Source: a virus
Length of the DNA stretch: 64,000 nucleotides
Strand: one strand, 5' to 3'
IMG/VR virus record: IMGVR_UViG_3300032893_000015
Location: 1 to 64,000 of that record
Of this stretch, positions 8,098 to 17,898 are shown in pieces. The translations under genes were made by a program, and so were the position numbers. The first letter of the stretch is position 1. Every line of letters begins with the position of its first letter. The notes under the pieces are model-generated. The model searched no databases. It was not told the DNA's origin and saw only the letters and a program-made list of their open reading frames with translations.

Positions 8098-8961
8098 TCA
8101 GCTCTCCGGCACGGGCAACGGATCGCGATCGGTCGCCGCCGTCAGGAACTCGTCGAACTTCGCCGTATCCGCGTACATCTTCAGGTTCGCGTCGTCCGGC
8201 ACCCATTCGCCCAGGGCGCTGGTGATGTCCCTGACGCACGCATCCACCGACGTGCCGTAATCGACGACGTTCTGTTGCGCGCCGGTGCGTGTCGTCCCAT
8301 CCGGCAGCTTCACGGTTTCGGTCGGAACGTAGTGCCCCTCGAAGTAGTGCGTCGTGTACATCTCCTGCGCCAGCAGGAGACCTTCCGTCTGTCCCTCGGG
8401 CAGGATGATGGCTCCGGCGTTCTCGATAACAGCCCGGCACTTGGGCCGGTACTTCCCCGCGATGACGTTCGCGAAGAAGGCCGCTCCGTGCGCGTCCGAG
8501 TCGAACTTCCAGAAAAACACCCAGTACCAACCCCTTCCCGGGCTGCTGTCGACGTGCAGGGCTCCGCTGGGGTCCGCGGCCACCTTGTGCTTGGCCACCG
8601 CATCCGCGAGCGCCGCTCGTGCCGCTGTCACGTTGCTGGGTTGCGGCTGTATGTGCGCGTCCGCGAGCACCGTCTGCTCCGCCAGGGTCGGCACCCTTCG
8701 TTGCACCGCCCCCCAGTTGTACTCCCCCGCCCAGCTATCCCCGCAGTGCGTCTCGTGCTGGGCCACGCCGCACGCGAGTATCGCCCCTTCCAGGGCCAGC
8801 CCCTCCTGGAACACCGCCCTCCACCCCGCCAGCATCGCCGTCACCTTCCCTATCCAGTGCTCTTGAGGTGACTCCGCAAAGGCTCCGCTCGCACCGAACA
8901 GCGGCCTTCCCGCCGGTGTGTACTTCGCCGCATCCGCGACCATCTGCGCCCAGGCACTCAT
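8098..8961 (-). CDS. putative glucosaminidase/lysozyme-fold cell-wall hydrolase
   Basis: VAQHETHCG...YNWGAVQ...FWKFDS motifs reminiscent of GH73-like enzymes. Confidence 0.55.
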   Translation of the reverse strand: MSAWAQMVADAAKYTPAGRPLFGASGAFAESPQEHWIGKVTAMLAGWRAVFQEGLALEGAILACGVAQHETHCGDSWAGEYNWGAVQRRVPTLAEQTVLADAHIQPQPSNVTAARAALADAVAKHKVAADPSGALHVDSSPGRGWYWVFFWKFDSDAHGAAFFANVIAGKYRPKCRAVIENAGAIILPEGQTEGLLLAQEMYTTHYFEGHYVPTETVKLPDGTTRTGAQQNVVDYGTSVDACVRDITSALGEWVPDDANLKMYADTAKFDEFLTAATDRDPLPVPES

Positions 8962-9398
8962 GACCCGACCTCCTCCTTGTGCGACTCCGGCACCAGGTCC
9001 AGATGCATCGTTTTCGTCTCGTACGGCGTCTTTGAATGCCCAAGGACCAAGGCCATCAGCCGTATAGATGCCACCTGCAACTCTTCGCGGGCCTGCTGCG
9101 TATGCGGCAGCTCTTCCCACTTCACGAGCATCGGGTTCAGCTTCTCGATGTTGTCGCGCCTTGGTCCGTACTGCCACCCGTCCTCTCGCATTCTCTGGCA
9201 CCAGATGACGTGCTTGCTTTCGGCGGTCCCTCCCGCGAGGACAAACTCGACGATGTTGTGCAGCTTCTGCTTTTCCTGCGAATCCAGGTCGTCCCACTCC
9301 GGCAGCTCGATTCCGAGCGCCATGCAGAACGTCCGGTTGGCCGAGTGGGCGTGCCGTGCACACGCCACTTCGATAAGCGAATCCGTGAGCTTGTCCAT
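8958..9398 (-). CDS. RyR-domain protein
   Basis: ESKHVIWCQRMREDGWQYGPRRDNIEKLNPMLVKWEELP matches the RyR repeat consensus. Confidence 0.85.
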   Translation of the reverse strand: MDKLTDSLIEVACARHAHSANRTFCMALGIELPEWDDLDSQEKQKLHNIVEFVLAGGTAESKHVIWCQRMREDGWQYGPRRDNIEKLNPMLVKWEELPHTQQAREELQVASIRLMALVLGHSKTPYETKTMHLDLVPESHKEEVGS

Positions 9399-9460
9399 GT
9401 GCTCCTTTCCCCGGCAAAGTATTCCGGTGGCACCCCCTCCCCGCAAGCTTGTTCGTTCGC

Positions 9461-10039
9461 TTATGGCCCCAATGCTTCGGGCTTCGTTCGGTTCGGCGTC
9501 GAGGGCTGCTTTGCTCCGGGTGCGGGCACCGCCGGCTCGTACCAATCCGAGCACGCCCTTTCCGGGTTGAGCACAGGTCGTTTGCTCTTGGTCTCCACCA
9601 GCTTGTCCGTCCCGCTCCACCGCTGGTAGTCCGGACTGGCGCAGCTCGCCGTCCCGTTGCCGTGCGCCCGGTAGTAACGGCACCACCGGCAGTTGAACCC
9701 ATCTTGCGGGGGAGGTGGCTGCGGCGGTTGCGTCGGCTCTTCGCTGTCGGTGTCCGAGCTCTCCGCCTTCTCGCCCTTCTCTTCTGCCTCTTCGCTGGCG
9801 CTCTCGCTGTCTCCCGAGTCCGTTGGGGGTGCGGGAGGTGGGGGCGGTGGCTTGTCCCACCCTGGCAGCAACATGAAGGGACGGTGGTCCACGGGCAGGT
9901 GGTGCTTGTCGTCGTCGAAGCTTTCGCTCGTCGCCGAGCTTGGGCTGTCGCTTTCGTCCGACGCGACGGACGCGCTTTGGCTTCCGTCCTCCTCTTGCGA
10001 TTCGGCGGATCGCTTCCTTGCCCAGGTACCCAGCGCCAT
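9461..10039 (-). CDS. acidic low-complexity protein with C-terminal four-Cys domain
   Basis: Ser/Glu/Pro-rich N-terminal part; CRWCRYY...C...CSDWY. Confidence 0.6.
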   Translation of the reverse strand: MALGTWARKRSAESQEEDGSQSASVASDESDSPSSATSESFDDDKHHLPVDHRPFMLLPGWDKPPPPPPAPPTDSGDSESASEEAEEKGEKAESSDTDSEEPTQPPQPPPPQDGFNCRWCRYYRAHGNGTASCASPDYQRWSGTDKLVETKSKRPVLNPERACSDWYEPAVPAPGAKQPSTPNRTKPEALGP

Positions 10040-10048
10040 GTTGGTGCT

Positions 10049-10711
10049 TTAGGTGGCGAAGCCGAGCAGCTGCCCCGCTCGCACGACCACTCCCGTGCTC
10101 GCCTTCGTGATGGCGTACGTGAGCACGTCCAGCGCCGCAACGGTGCTTCCCGCTACGATGGGTATCTGCACCGGTACCCACGCCGTCCAGTTCCCGCTGC
10201 CTCCTCCGGCTGTCGTCTGCGTGGTCACGCTTCCGATGACCACCGGCGCTCCGCCGTTGGTGCGCTTGTTCACGGTGATGGTGGCGTAGGTCGTGTCGTT
10301 CGCCGTGAGGGCGTTGTTGGGCACGTAGTACAGCGACTTGACGTCTCCGCCGGCCGTTGGCGCCACCATCCCCACCGGCGTCTCCGCCGTCGCCGTTCCT
10401 GCCGCGCCGTCGTCCGCTGTCTTGGTGAACGACACGAAGTTCGAGTCGCTCTGCGAAAGACTGGCCGCCGCCGCTCCGAGCATCGCCCTTGAGCAGAACG
10501 CTTCGTCGGCTCCCTGCGCCCGGAGCTTTTGCACGATGACCGCTGCCGCTGCCACGGTCACGTCCGCCGCCGGCCAGAGCACCCCGCCGGCCCCTTGCAG
10601 GGCCGACTGCAGTAGCGCATCGGTGATGGTCTCTCCCGCCGGTACCATCCGCGGATCGCCCGACCCCGGATACATCGCCTTGGTGCTGTTGAGCAGGATC
10701 TGGCTGGACAT
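10049..10711 (-). CDS. putative virion (decoration-like) protein
   Basis: Ala/Thr/Gly-rich, beta-strand-like C-terminal half. Confidence 0.55.
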   Translation of the reverse strand: MSSQILLNSTKAMYPGSGDPRMVPAGETITDALLQSALQGAGGVLWPAADVTVAAAAVIVQKLRAQGADEAFCSRAMLGAAAASLSQSDSNFVSFTKTADDGAAGTATAETPVGMVAPTAGGDVKSLYYVPNNALTANDTTYATITVNKRTNGGAPVVIGSVTTQTTAGGGSGNWTAWVPVQIPIVAGSTVAALDVLTYAITKASTGVVVRAGQLLGFAT

Positions 10712-10755
10712 TTCGCGTGTTCTCCCTCTTTGGTCTTGAGCCTACCGCGCTCCGG

Positions 10756-11067
10756 CTACTTTGGGCAGGTTCCCGCCCCGCACGCTTGCACCTGCTGCAG
10801 GCTCTGCGCCGCCACGACGCACGCCGCATGCGGGTCGACGATGCCCGTGGTCTCTGCGTGCCTGCACGCCCCCACACACCCATCCCCTCCGTCCACTTGC
10901 GCCTCCGGGCACCCGAACTTGGCGAACGTTCGGCACGCCGCGCAGCAGTCGTCCTTGCAGATGGGTGCGAACGCCGCGTCTGCGTCCGAGGGTGTGTTCG
11001 TCGCCGGCTTGCTGAGGGTGCAGGCGAACGCCGCCACCACCAAAACGATCAGGCACATTCTCGCCAT
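10756..11067 (-). CDS. Cys-rich lipoprotein
   Basis: signal peptide with lipobox-like AAFAC, then multiple Cys. Confidence 0.65.
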   Translation of the reverse strand: MARMCLIVLVVAAFACTLSKPATNTPSDADAAFAPICKDDCCAACRTFAKFGCPEAQVDGGDGCVGACRHAETTGIVDPHAACVVAAQSLQQVQACGAGTCPK

Positions 11068-11069
11068 GA

Positions 11070-11855
11070 CTACTGCCCTCCGTGCGGGTGTGCTCCGTGG
11101 AGCGTCTCCCCGGTGATGACGTACTTGTCCATCTCACTCGCCGCCAGCCAATCCGGCGTTGCCCAGAACATCGGTCCTGTCCCGTCGCCCCAGTCCTGCC
11201 ACCAGTTCATCCCCCGCAGCAGCCCTGTCCTGGTGTACCCGACGAGCAGCACGTAGTGATTCCCGAGCGAGTCCCCCGTGGGCGCGGTGATGTTCGTCTT
11301 CCCGTTGTAGTCCTCGAACGCCTGGTCAACGGCAATGCCGACCGCCACCGGGTACCCATTGCTGATGGCCACCTTCGCCTCTGCCACGGCGTCCATGCCC
11401 GCGCCTGCGAGCCGGTGATACCCCGACACCTTGTAGCAGCTGGCCAGCTCCTGCTGGAGCAGCGTCGGGTCGTCGTTGATGGCTTCCGGGTCGAAAGGCC
11501 ATTCGGCGAGTCTCGCCACGCCCCACTCCGTCATGCCCATGACCGCCGCGCTGGGCATGCACCCGTCGTCCGTGAGCGGCTGGCCGGCCTGCTTGCGTGC
11601 CCAGGCATAGATGCCCTGCTCGCTCGGGTAGTCGATGGGTGCTCCCGCCTTTGCCGCCCTGACGTGCAGGGCGCGCGCGAGCGTGAACGCCACGCAGCTG
11701 CTGGTGTCCCCCTGGTACCTGTACGGGTACAGCGACACCTGCGGCTCCAGCGTCGCCTCCGGCAGGGCTGTCGCTCCTGCCCCGAACAGCGCCCGCGAGT
11801 TCGGATCCTTGCTCTTGTCGTGCTTGTCGGGGATGTACCCGTACTTTCGCGCCAT
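11070..11855 (-). CDS. papain-like (C1 family) cysteine peptidase
   Basis: QGDTSSCVA (oxyanion Q and catalytic C), GNHYVLLVGY (catalytic H), NWW..WG. Confidence 0.88.
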   Translation of the reverse strand: MARKYGYIPDKHDKSKDPNSRALFGAGATALPEATLEPQVSLYPYRYQGDTSSCVAFTLARALHVRAAKAGAPIDYPSEQGIYAWARKQAGQPLTDDGCMPSAAVMGMTEWGVARLAEWPFDPEAINDDPTLLQQELASCYKVSGYHRLAGAGMDAVAEAKVAISNGYPVAVGIAVDQAFEDYNGKTNITAPTGDSLGNHYVLLVGYTRTGLLRGMNWWQDWGDGTGPMFWATPDWLAASEMDKYVITGETLHGAHPHGGQ

Positions 11856-11879
11856 GGTGCTGCTGAGCGTAGCAGGGCG

Positions 11880-11901
11880 ATTGGAAACCCGGGTTTCCAA
11901 T
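11880..11901. repeat. 22-bp palindrome, copy 2
   Basis: exact match; intergenic, just after the methyltransferase stop. Confidence 0.97.
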
Positions 11902-11903
11902 CC

Positions 11904-12608
11904 CTACGCCGGCAGATCCAGAATCGACCAACGCCCTCCGCGCCCCACCCCCCACACGTACCAGGCGTACTCGGTGGCATCGCTCGACGAGTGCTTCGTG
12001 GCCCCTCCGCACCTGGGGCACTTCACGGGACGTTCTCTCCTGGGCTCTCCCGTTGGGAGCAGCGGAATCGTCTCCGCCCACCCACACCCTCGCTTCCCGG
12101 GGAACACGTCGTACGGCACCGCATCGCACGACACCGACAGGATAAACGATGGTCGTTTGGGCAACACATGCAGGTCCGCCGGGTGTTGCTTGTGGAAGTC
12201 GCTACGTGTCTGCGAAGAGATAAAGTTCACGCGCAACAGAAACGCCGCCGCGCGCGCCTGCGGTTTCTCCCGGATCCATTGCAACGCCCTCAGGATGAAG
12301 TCCATCGCCAGGGAGTACGGTGGGTTGGTCACGAGAACCTTCGCATCGGGCCAGGAATGCCGTAGGGCATCGCCACACTCCCCGGCGTGTCCCCGCTGGG
12401 AGGCGACCATCGCACGCTCCTCATCGAGCTCGATGCCGTACGCCTCGCGCCCCTGCTCCTTGGCTACGTCGAGAATCGCTCCCTCGCCGCAACACGGATC
12501 GAGCACCCTCCCAGCCGGCAGGAGTGGCAGGATCGCGCGCGTGCACCAGTAAGGCGTCTCGTAGAAATCTTGCGGCTGTCGTGTAGTGCCGCGGTTGGTC
12601 GCGCTCAT
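11904..12608 (-). CDS. DNA amino-methyltransferase (N6-adenine type) with Zn-ribbon insertion
   Basis: DFYETP, VLDPCCGEG (SAM-binding), VTNPPY (catalytic), YAWYVW; inserted C..C..CPRC. Confidence 0.88.
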   Translation of the reverse strand: MSATNRGTTRQPQDFYETPYWCTRAILPLLPAGRVLDPCCGEGAILDVAKEQGREAYGIELDEERAMVASQRGHAGECGDALRHSWPDAKVLVTNPPYSLAMDFILRALQWIREKPQARAAAFLLRVNFISSQTRSDFHKQHPADLHVLPKRPSFILSVSCDAVPYDVFPGKRGCGWAETIPLLPTGEPRRERPVKCPRCGGATKHSSSDATEYAWYVWGVGRGGRWSILDLPA

Positions 12609-12636
12609 CCCCGCGTTCTATGCCGCGCGCCTCCGC

Positions 12637-13029
12637 TCAGCTCGTTGCCCTGGTGACGTTCGGCACCACCGTGATGATGCCCGCCTCGATGGTGAAGGGC
12701 CTTCCCGTCGCATCGAACGCCTTCACGTCGTACGGACAGTCCACGGGGCTGTCCGGGAACCCCAGTGTCGGAGCCCCCGGCAAAGTCACCTGGACGATGC
12801 CGTTGTTGACGTCGAGCACCTGTATCGTCCCTCCGACGTTGCTCGTCGTCTGGTACACGGCCAACGTGTCCGGGTCCGACAAGTACAGCTTCACGGTGAA
12901 GTAAAACTTCCACCCCGTGATGGGCGCCGGTTGCGGCGGTATGTCCACGCCGGGAATGACCGTTGGTGGCGCGAGCACTTGCAGCTCGAACACCAGCGCA
13001 TCACCCCTGTACACGCTCCTCTCCACCAC
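12637..13029 (-). CDS. BppU N-terminal-like virion protein
   Basis: RGDALVF...ITGWKFYFTVK...GIVQVTL...YDVK...TIEAGIITV pattern. Confidence 0.6.
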   Translation of the reverse strand: MVERSVYRGDALVFELQVLAPPTVIPGVDIPPQPAPITGWKFYFTVKLYLSDPDTLAVYQTTSNVGGTIQVLDVNNGIVQVTLPGAPTLGFPDSPVDCPYDVKAFDATGRPFTIEAGIITVVPNVTRATS

Positions 13030-13033
13030 CGTT

Positions 13034-15736
13034 TCACCTGCTCCCTGGCTTGTACCCTACGCTCCGCGTGACGACATAGTACCCCCCGTCCCTCGTAACG
13101 ATCTTGAACTCGACGCTTCGGCTCGTGGGTGCGGGTTGTGGCGGAAAGTACGGGGGTGGTATTGGCGGCAGAGGCGGAAGGATGGGCCAGTACCCCGTCG
13201 CCGCCGGCAGCGATAACCCCGTCCACGCCCTCACCCACACGTCCGCCCACTGCGGCTCGCCGAAAAACGTGGGCACGGCGTTGGGCAGCGGCAACGGTCC
13301 CAGTGCAAACGCCGGATGCTGCTCGGTGGTCAGCGCCGTGGGCGCAGGGGCGGTAGCTGGATAACTCGGTTGCCACTCTCCGAGTGCCTTCCCCTCGGGC
13401 TCGGGAGCCATCGTGAAGTACGGCACCGACGACACATGCAATACGACGCCGCGTGCCGCCTCTGGCACGTGCCCGGTCGCCAGCGTGGAGCTCCTTTCCG
13501 GCCTCGGGGGCTCCTCGGTTGCAGCTGGATGCTCCGCGGTGGTGAGTGCTGGCCGCACCAGCCAGTCGCTGAAGACTACCACCGCAATGGTCGCCGTTCG
13601 TTCCGGCTTCGGTGCAAAGGCTATTGCTGGATGCTGTCCCGTGGCGAGGAACCTCCCCGGTGCGGTGGGTGGATAGTTCGGTAGCCACCCCATCGGCGTG
13701 CTGATGGGTGCAGGGGCAAAGGCAAACGCTGGATGCTCGCTCGCGTGCAAGCCTTGCGGTTGCGCTCTCCAGATCCAGTCCGGAAACGAAGCAAAGCCCT
13801 CCGTAGGTGCTGCCAGGTTCGGCATCGGCACCGGATGCATGGCGAAAAAGGGTATCGCCTCCGGGCGCAGGCTTTTCCCTGGCGCTGCGTCCGCCCACCT
13901 CCCTGACCATCCATACGGGGTGCTGATGGGCAAAGGAGCGAAGGCAAACGCTGGATGTTGCGTTGCATGCAGGCCAGCTACGGGTACCCGGTTCAGTCGA
14001 TCGGGAAACGATGCGTAGCCCTCGGTGGGTGCCACGAGGCTTGGCAGCGGCAACGGATAGAGAGCCGCCGCCTGGTGTTGCGCCACATGCAAACTTCTCC
14101 CCGGTGCGGTGTCTGCGTGCTGTCCTCCGAAGGCATGCCCCTGCGTCTGCTCTGGCTTCTGCGACATGGCGAACGCCGGATGCTGCCCGGTGCTGAGTGC
14201 TGTCCTCGGCACATAATCGGCGAACTCCGGTTCCCACCCGTACGGCGTGCTGATGGGAAAGGGACCGAAGGCAAACGCTGGGTGTTGCGAGGCGTGTAGT
14301 CCTTCCGGCGGAACGCGGTTCAGTTGATCGGGGAACGACGCATAGCCCTCGGTAGGTGGTGCCGTGCTCGGTCTCGGTAGCGGGTCGAGCACGAAGAACG
14401 GCATCGCCTCCGGCCGGATCGTTCTGCCGGGTGCGATGTCTGCGTGCTGCCCTCCGAAGGCATGGGCTTGTGGCTGCTCGGGGCGTGGTGGCTGCCCGGT
14501 GGTGTACGGATGCTGGCTAGCATGTAGGGACCTTCCTGGCGCTGCGTCCGCAAAGCTCGCCGCCGCCAGCGGTGTCGTCCTCTCCGGTGCTGGTGGCTCT
14601 CCTGTTGTGTACGGATGCTGGCTCGGGTGCAGGGCTCTTCCCGGGGCAACGTCCGCAAAGCTCGCCGCCGCCAACGTCTGCTGTCGCTCTGGTATGAGCG
14701 ACCCCGCCACGAACGCCATATCGTGCAACGTCCTGACGCGCACTCGTGTTTCGTCCACCGTCGCCGTCGTCACGAGCGACATCGTTCTTTCGGGGACCAC
14801 TACCCCTGGCAGCGCCGCCTGGTCCTGTATGGTCCTGACGCGTACGCGTGTTTCGTCCGGGAACACCGCCTGCGCCAACGTCTTGGTACGTTCCGGCGTC
14901 GGATGCATGGTGAAAAAGGGCTGCATGCTCGCGTGCATCTTTCTGGCGAAGATGACGTCCGCATAACTCCCCTCCCACCCGTACGCCGTGCTGATGGGTG
15001 CTGGTGCCAGGGTTGTCGCTGGATGTTGCGACGCATGTAGGCCCGCCCGTGGCACTCGGTTCAGTTGATCGGGGAACGATGCGTAGCCCTCGGTGGGTGC
15101 TCCCGCCGACGCCGGCACGAGCGCCGCTCCGATGACGACCCACGCCGAGTCCGACTGCGTAAAGGTGGCAGAGATCGTCCCCCCGCTCGACAGCCCGTCC
15201 TCGGCAAGCACGGTATCGCTCCAGCAACCCGACGCGCGGTAAGCGGTGTTGCTTCCGACCGTCCCGGCGGTGAGAACAGGGCCGGTGTTGTCGCCGTTGC
15301 CCTGCACGACCACGAGATCGTTCGCGACCGTGCTGGCCAAGCTGACCGCGAGCTGCAACGTGCTGCCGTTGTTGCTCGCGGCGGTCGCCACTCGCACGCT
15401 CGAGCACGCCGGATACTCGATGATCATGAAGTTGCCAACGCAGTTGCCGAGTCCCGAGATCGTGACCGTCATCGACCCAGCCGATGCCGCTGCTGAGCCA
15501 AGGAAGACGAAGCTCGCCATCCCGACGCGGCGTCCGTCGCCGGTCTGCGCGAGCAGCGTCCAGGATCCGTTGATGTTGTCGCTGCAGGTCACGCCCGGCA
15601 TGCCGCCGGAATGGCTGTCCGCGCCGATGTGCGCGATGAGCGTGTGGCCCGCGCCCACCGCGCTCGTGAAGGTCAGGGCATCGGTCCCGCTGATCGATCC
15701 CTGGGAATTGTTTTGCTGAATCGCGGAGGACGGCAC
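13034..15736 (-). CDS. 900-aa repeat protein, probable virion fibre
   Basis: ~200-aa Ser/Gly/Thr-rich N-terminal domain followed by many degenerate ~30-40-aa repeats (FxD...R.LHASQHP...P.PER; PTEGYASFPD-type x4). Confidence 0.75.
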   Translation of the reverse strand: MPSSAIQQNNSQGSISGTDALTFTSAVGAGHTLIAHIGADSHSGGMPGVTCSDNINGSWTLLAQTGDGRRVGMASFVFLGSAAASAGSMTVTISGLGNCVGNFMIIEYPACSSVRVATAASNNGSTLQLAVSLASTVANDLVVVQGNGDNTGPVLTAGTVGSNTAYRASGCWSDTVLAEDGLSSGGTISATFTQSDSAWVVIGAALVPASAGAPTEGYASFPDQLNRVPRAGLHASQHPATTLAPAPISTAYGWEGSYADVIFARKMHASMQPFFTMHPTPERTKTLAQAVFPDETRVRVRTIQDQAALPGVVVPERTMSLVTTATVDETRVRVRTLHDMAFVAGSLIPERQQTLAAASFADVAPGRALHPSQHPYTTGEPPAPERTTPLAAASFADAAPGRSLHASQHPYTTGQPPRPEQPQAHAFGGQHADIAPGRTIRPEAMPFFVLDPLPRPSTAPPTEGYASFPDQLNRVPPEGLHASQHPAFAFGPFPISTPYGWEPEFADYVPRTALSTGQHPAFAMSQKPEQTQGHAFGGQHADTAPGRSLHVAQHQAAALYPLPLPSLVAPTEGYASFPDRLNRVPVAGLHATQHPAFAFAPLPISTPYGWSGRWADAAPGKSLRPEAIPFFAMHPVPMPNLAAPTEGFASFPDWIWRAQPQGLHASEHPAFAFAPAPISTPMGWLPNYPPTAPGRFLATGQHPAIAFAPKPERTATIAVVVFSDWLVRPALTTAEHPAATEEPPRPERSSTLATGHVPEAARGVVLHVSSVPYFTMAPEPEGKALGEWQPSYPATAPAPTALTTEQHPAFALGPLPLPNAVPTFFGEPQWADVWVRAWTGLSLPAATGYWPILPPLPPIPPPYFPPQPAPTSRSVEFKIVTRDGGYYVVTRSVGYKPGSR

Positions 15737-15746
15737 GGCCGGGCCT

Positions 15747-16178
15747 CTACGGCCCGGCGGTCCAGGTCACTCCGTCCGCAGCGAGGTAGGCCCCTGGGAG
15801 ATGTGCGAGCGCGGCCGCCGTCTTGTTCAGCACATTTTGCAGCGCGGTCCACTTCGCCGTGGCCGATGCCTCCAGGTCCGCGAACGATGGGGTCGGGTTC
15901 TTGGTCAGGTCGAACGGGATGACCTGTACCTGTTCGACAATGACCCCTGACTGCAACGCCGTGAGCTCCGCCTGGGTAACGCCCCAGCTCACCCCCGCCT
16001 GCCCACTGATGACTCCCGCCGCCGCCGGTGTTCTCGGTACATACGCCGGCAAAGGAACGATCCTGTTGGCGGGTGCCACAAGCCAGAAGGCACAAATGAT
16101 GTTGAGCAACAGCGCACTCGGATCCCCCGACAGGTTCGCGTCGAGCACGATGATCTGTCTGTACGTCGTCGCCGCCAT
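15747..16178 (-). CDS. putative virion protein
   Basis: ORF in the structural cluster with GAGG RBS. Confidence 0.55.
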   Translation of the reverse strand: MAATTYRQIIVLDANLSGDPSALLLNIICAFWLVAPANRIVPLPAYVPRTPAAAGVISGQAGVSWGVTQAELTALQSGVIVEQVQVIPFDLTKNPTPSFADLEASATAKWTALQNVLNKTAAALAHLPGAYLAADGVTWTAGP

Positions 16179-16196
16179 TGCCTCGCCCTCCCGTCG

Positions 16197-16679
16197 TCAG
16201 ATGATCCCGTTCGCGCGCCGGATCTTTTCCCGCCTCTGCTCGAACTCCTCCGCCGCGTACTTCTCGTCGTCTTCCTTCCGCTCGTTGAAGTGCGCCATGG
16301 TCCGCATGTAATCGGCCCACTCCGCATTGGTCTTCTTCGCCCAGAGCGCCTGCAGCTTTCGGTTGAACTCTTCCTTCTCCAGGAACTGCATGTCGATGCG
16401 CAGGCGTTCGCGCTGCTCGGCTTCTCCGTCCCCAATGCACGCCTGCAGCAGCCTGCCCTTGGCTTCCATCTCCTCGAGCCGTCGCTCGAACGGCCTGCAG
16501 TACGGAAGCGCGGCGCAGCGCACGCACACGAACCGATCACACATCTTGCAGTGGTCGGCGGGCTGCTTTCCTGGCGGCACGAAGTCGATAAACGAACAGT
16601 GTCCGCAGGTGATGCTGTCCCGTTCGATGGGCTTCTTACCCGGTTCCGTCTGCAATCCGTATCCCTGGGGCCTGCGCAT
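16197..16679 (-). CDS. Cys-rich zinc-binding protein with coiled-coil tail
   Basis: CGHC...CKMC...CVRC...C. Confidence 0.65.
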   Translation of the reverse strand: MRRPQGYGLQTEPGKKPIERDSITCGHCSFIDFVPPGKQPADHCKMCDRFVCVRCAALPYCRPFERRLEEMEAKGRLLQACIGDGEAEQRERLRIDMQFLEKEEFNRKLQALWAKKTNAEWADYMRTMAHFNERKEDDEKYAAEEFEQRREKIRRANGII

Positions 16680-16719
16680 TGGTGCCCTTCCACCTTACCA
16701 CCACGGCAAAAGCAGGCCC

Positions 16720-16956
16720 ATGTCCAACGCCGCTCTTTTGCTGGGTACCCAGGTCAAAGTTCTGATGCTCGCCGATGGCCGCTACCTTCTCATCAGCGAG
16801 ACCAACCGCATCAAAGTCATTCAGCAGGCTGCCCTCACTACGAGCGAACCTGCCGAAAAAGTTGTGGCCAGCTTGCGCGAACTGGCCAACACCATCGAGA
16901 CGGCTGCCGACGAGCTCCGGCGGGCCCCTCTCCCCGCCGGCATCCTTCGCCAGTAG
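16720..16956 (+). CDS. 78-aa hypothetical protein, lone plus-strand gene
   Basis: MSNAALLLGTQVKVLMLADGRYLL...; fills the gap between two minus-strand genes without overlap. Confidence 0.55.
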   Translation: MSNAALLLGTQVKVLMLADGRYLLISETNRIKVIQQAALTTSEPAEKVVASLRELANTIETAADELRRAPLPAGILRQ

Positions 16957-16960
16957 CTGT

Positions 16961-17395
16961 CTAGTCGCTGTCGACGGGGGGTCGCGCCTGCTCGTACGAG
17001 ATGTTGACGCGCTCGTCGACGTGCTTCTCGTTCCCGCGGTCCGAGTGCCCGGAGAGCGCCGCTCGCCAGTAGGTTCCCGTGGGCTTCTTGCTGAGGATGC
17101 CATCGAGCGCCGCAATGGCATCGGTCATCTGCTGCTTGCACGCCGTGTGCGTCGCCCCGAGTGTGGTGTTGGCCGTCTTGATGCGTTCCGCGAGCAATTC
17201 CGCCGCCGCCTTGCGGTTCTCGTTGTGCATCTTCGCCATCTGGTCGTACGCCTTGCGCACCAGATGATTCTCATCGTTCAGGTGCGCCTTCTGCGGCGTG
17301 GTCTCCACCCACTCGTCGCGCGCCTTCTCGAGGTTCGCTTTGACTTCCGAGGCGGTTCCCGCCGTTGCTCCGGTGTCGATCTTCCACTCTTGCAT
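16961..17395 (-). CDS. hypothetical protein
   Basis: MQEWKIDTG start with GGAG RBS. Confidence 0.65.
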   Translation of the reverse strand: MQEWKIDTGATAGTASEVKANLEKARDEWVETTPQKAHLNDENHLVRKAYDQMAKMHNENRKAAAELLAERIKTANTTLGATHTACKQQMTDAIAALDGILSKKPTGTYWRAALSGHSDRGNEKHVDERVNISYEQARPPVDSD

Positions 17396-17445
17396 TGTCG
17401 TCTCCCTTTGGTCCCCTGAGCTTACCTGCCCTCCGTCTCCCGCTC

Positions 17446-17898
17446 TCAGAGCTCTTCGTACAGGATGTCTTCGGCGAAGGTATTGGTGGTCGCCGCGCTG
17501 ACGCCGAAGATGTACCCGTTGCTCGCGGTGGCCGGGATGATGAGCTCGAAAAACGGTGCCGCCACCCACCGGAAGCTCGCCCGCTGATTCAGCGCGATGT
17601 TCGCGTAGAACGACCCCGACGTGAGGGTCGGGTCCGCGGTGATGGTGTCCTTGACGACGATCGTGCTCGCCAGGGTGTCCGCCTGGTCGCTGGCGACGGG
17701 TGTCTTTGCCGTCCCAGTTCCTGTCGTGGTGCACAGCTGGATGATGTGCACGAACTCGTTGTCCGCTGGGCTCTGGCTGCTGCCGAACTTCCAGTCCTGG
17801 ATCTTGGCTCGGCGGGGCGAGCTCGCCGCCGCCACCGCCAGCCCCACCGACTTGACGCTGCTTCCGCCGCTATTGAGGGCCACTCCCCATCGAGCCAT
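17446..17898 (-). CDS. putative virion protein
   Basis: MARWGVALNS start with GGAG RBS; Thr/Ser/Ala-rich. Confidence 0.6.
   Translation of the reverse strand: MARWGVALNSGGSSVKSVGLAVAAASSPRRAKIQDWKFGSSQSPADNEFVHIIQLCTTTGTGTAKTPVASDQADTLASTIVVKDTITADPTLTSGSFYANIALNQRASFRWVAAPFFELIIPATASNGYIFGVSAATTNTFAEDILYEEL

Noticed and set aside
9461-10039. HiPIP iron-sulfur protein
   Set aside because: The four-Cys pattern is suggestive, but the spacing is long and no signal peptide is present, so it is left as an unassigned Cys domain.
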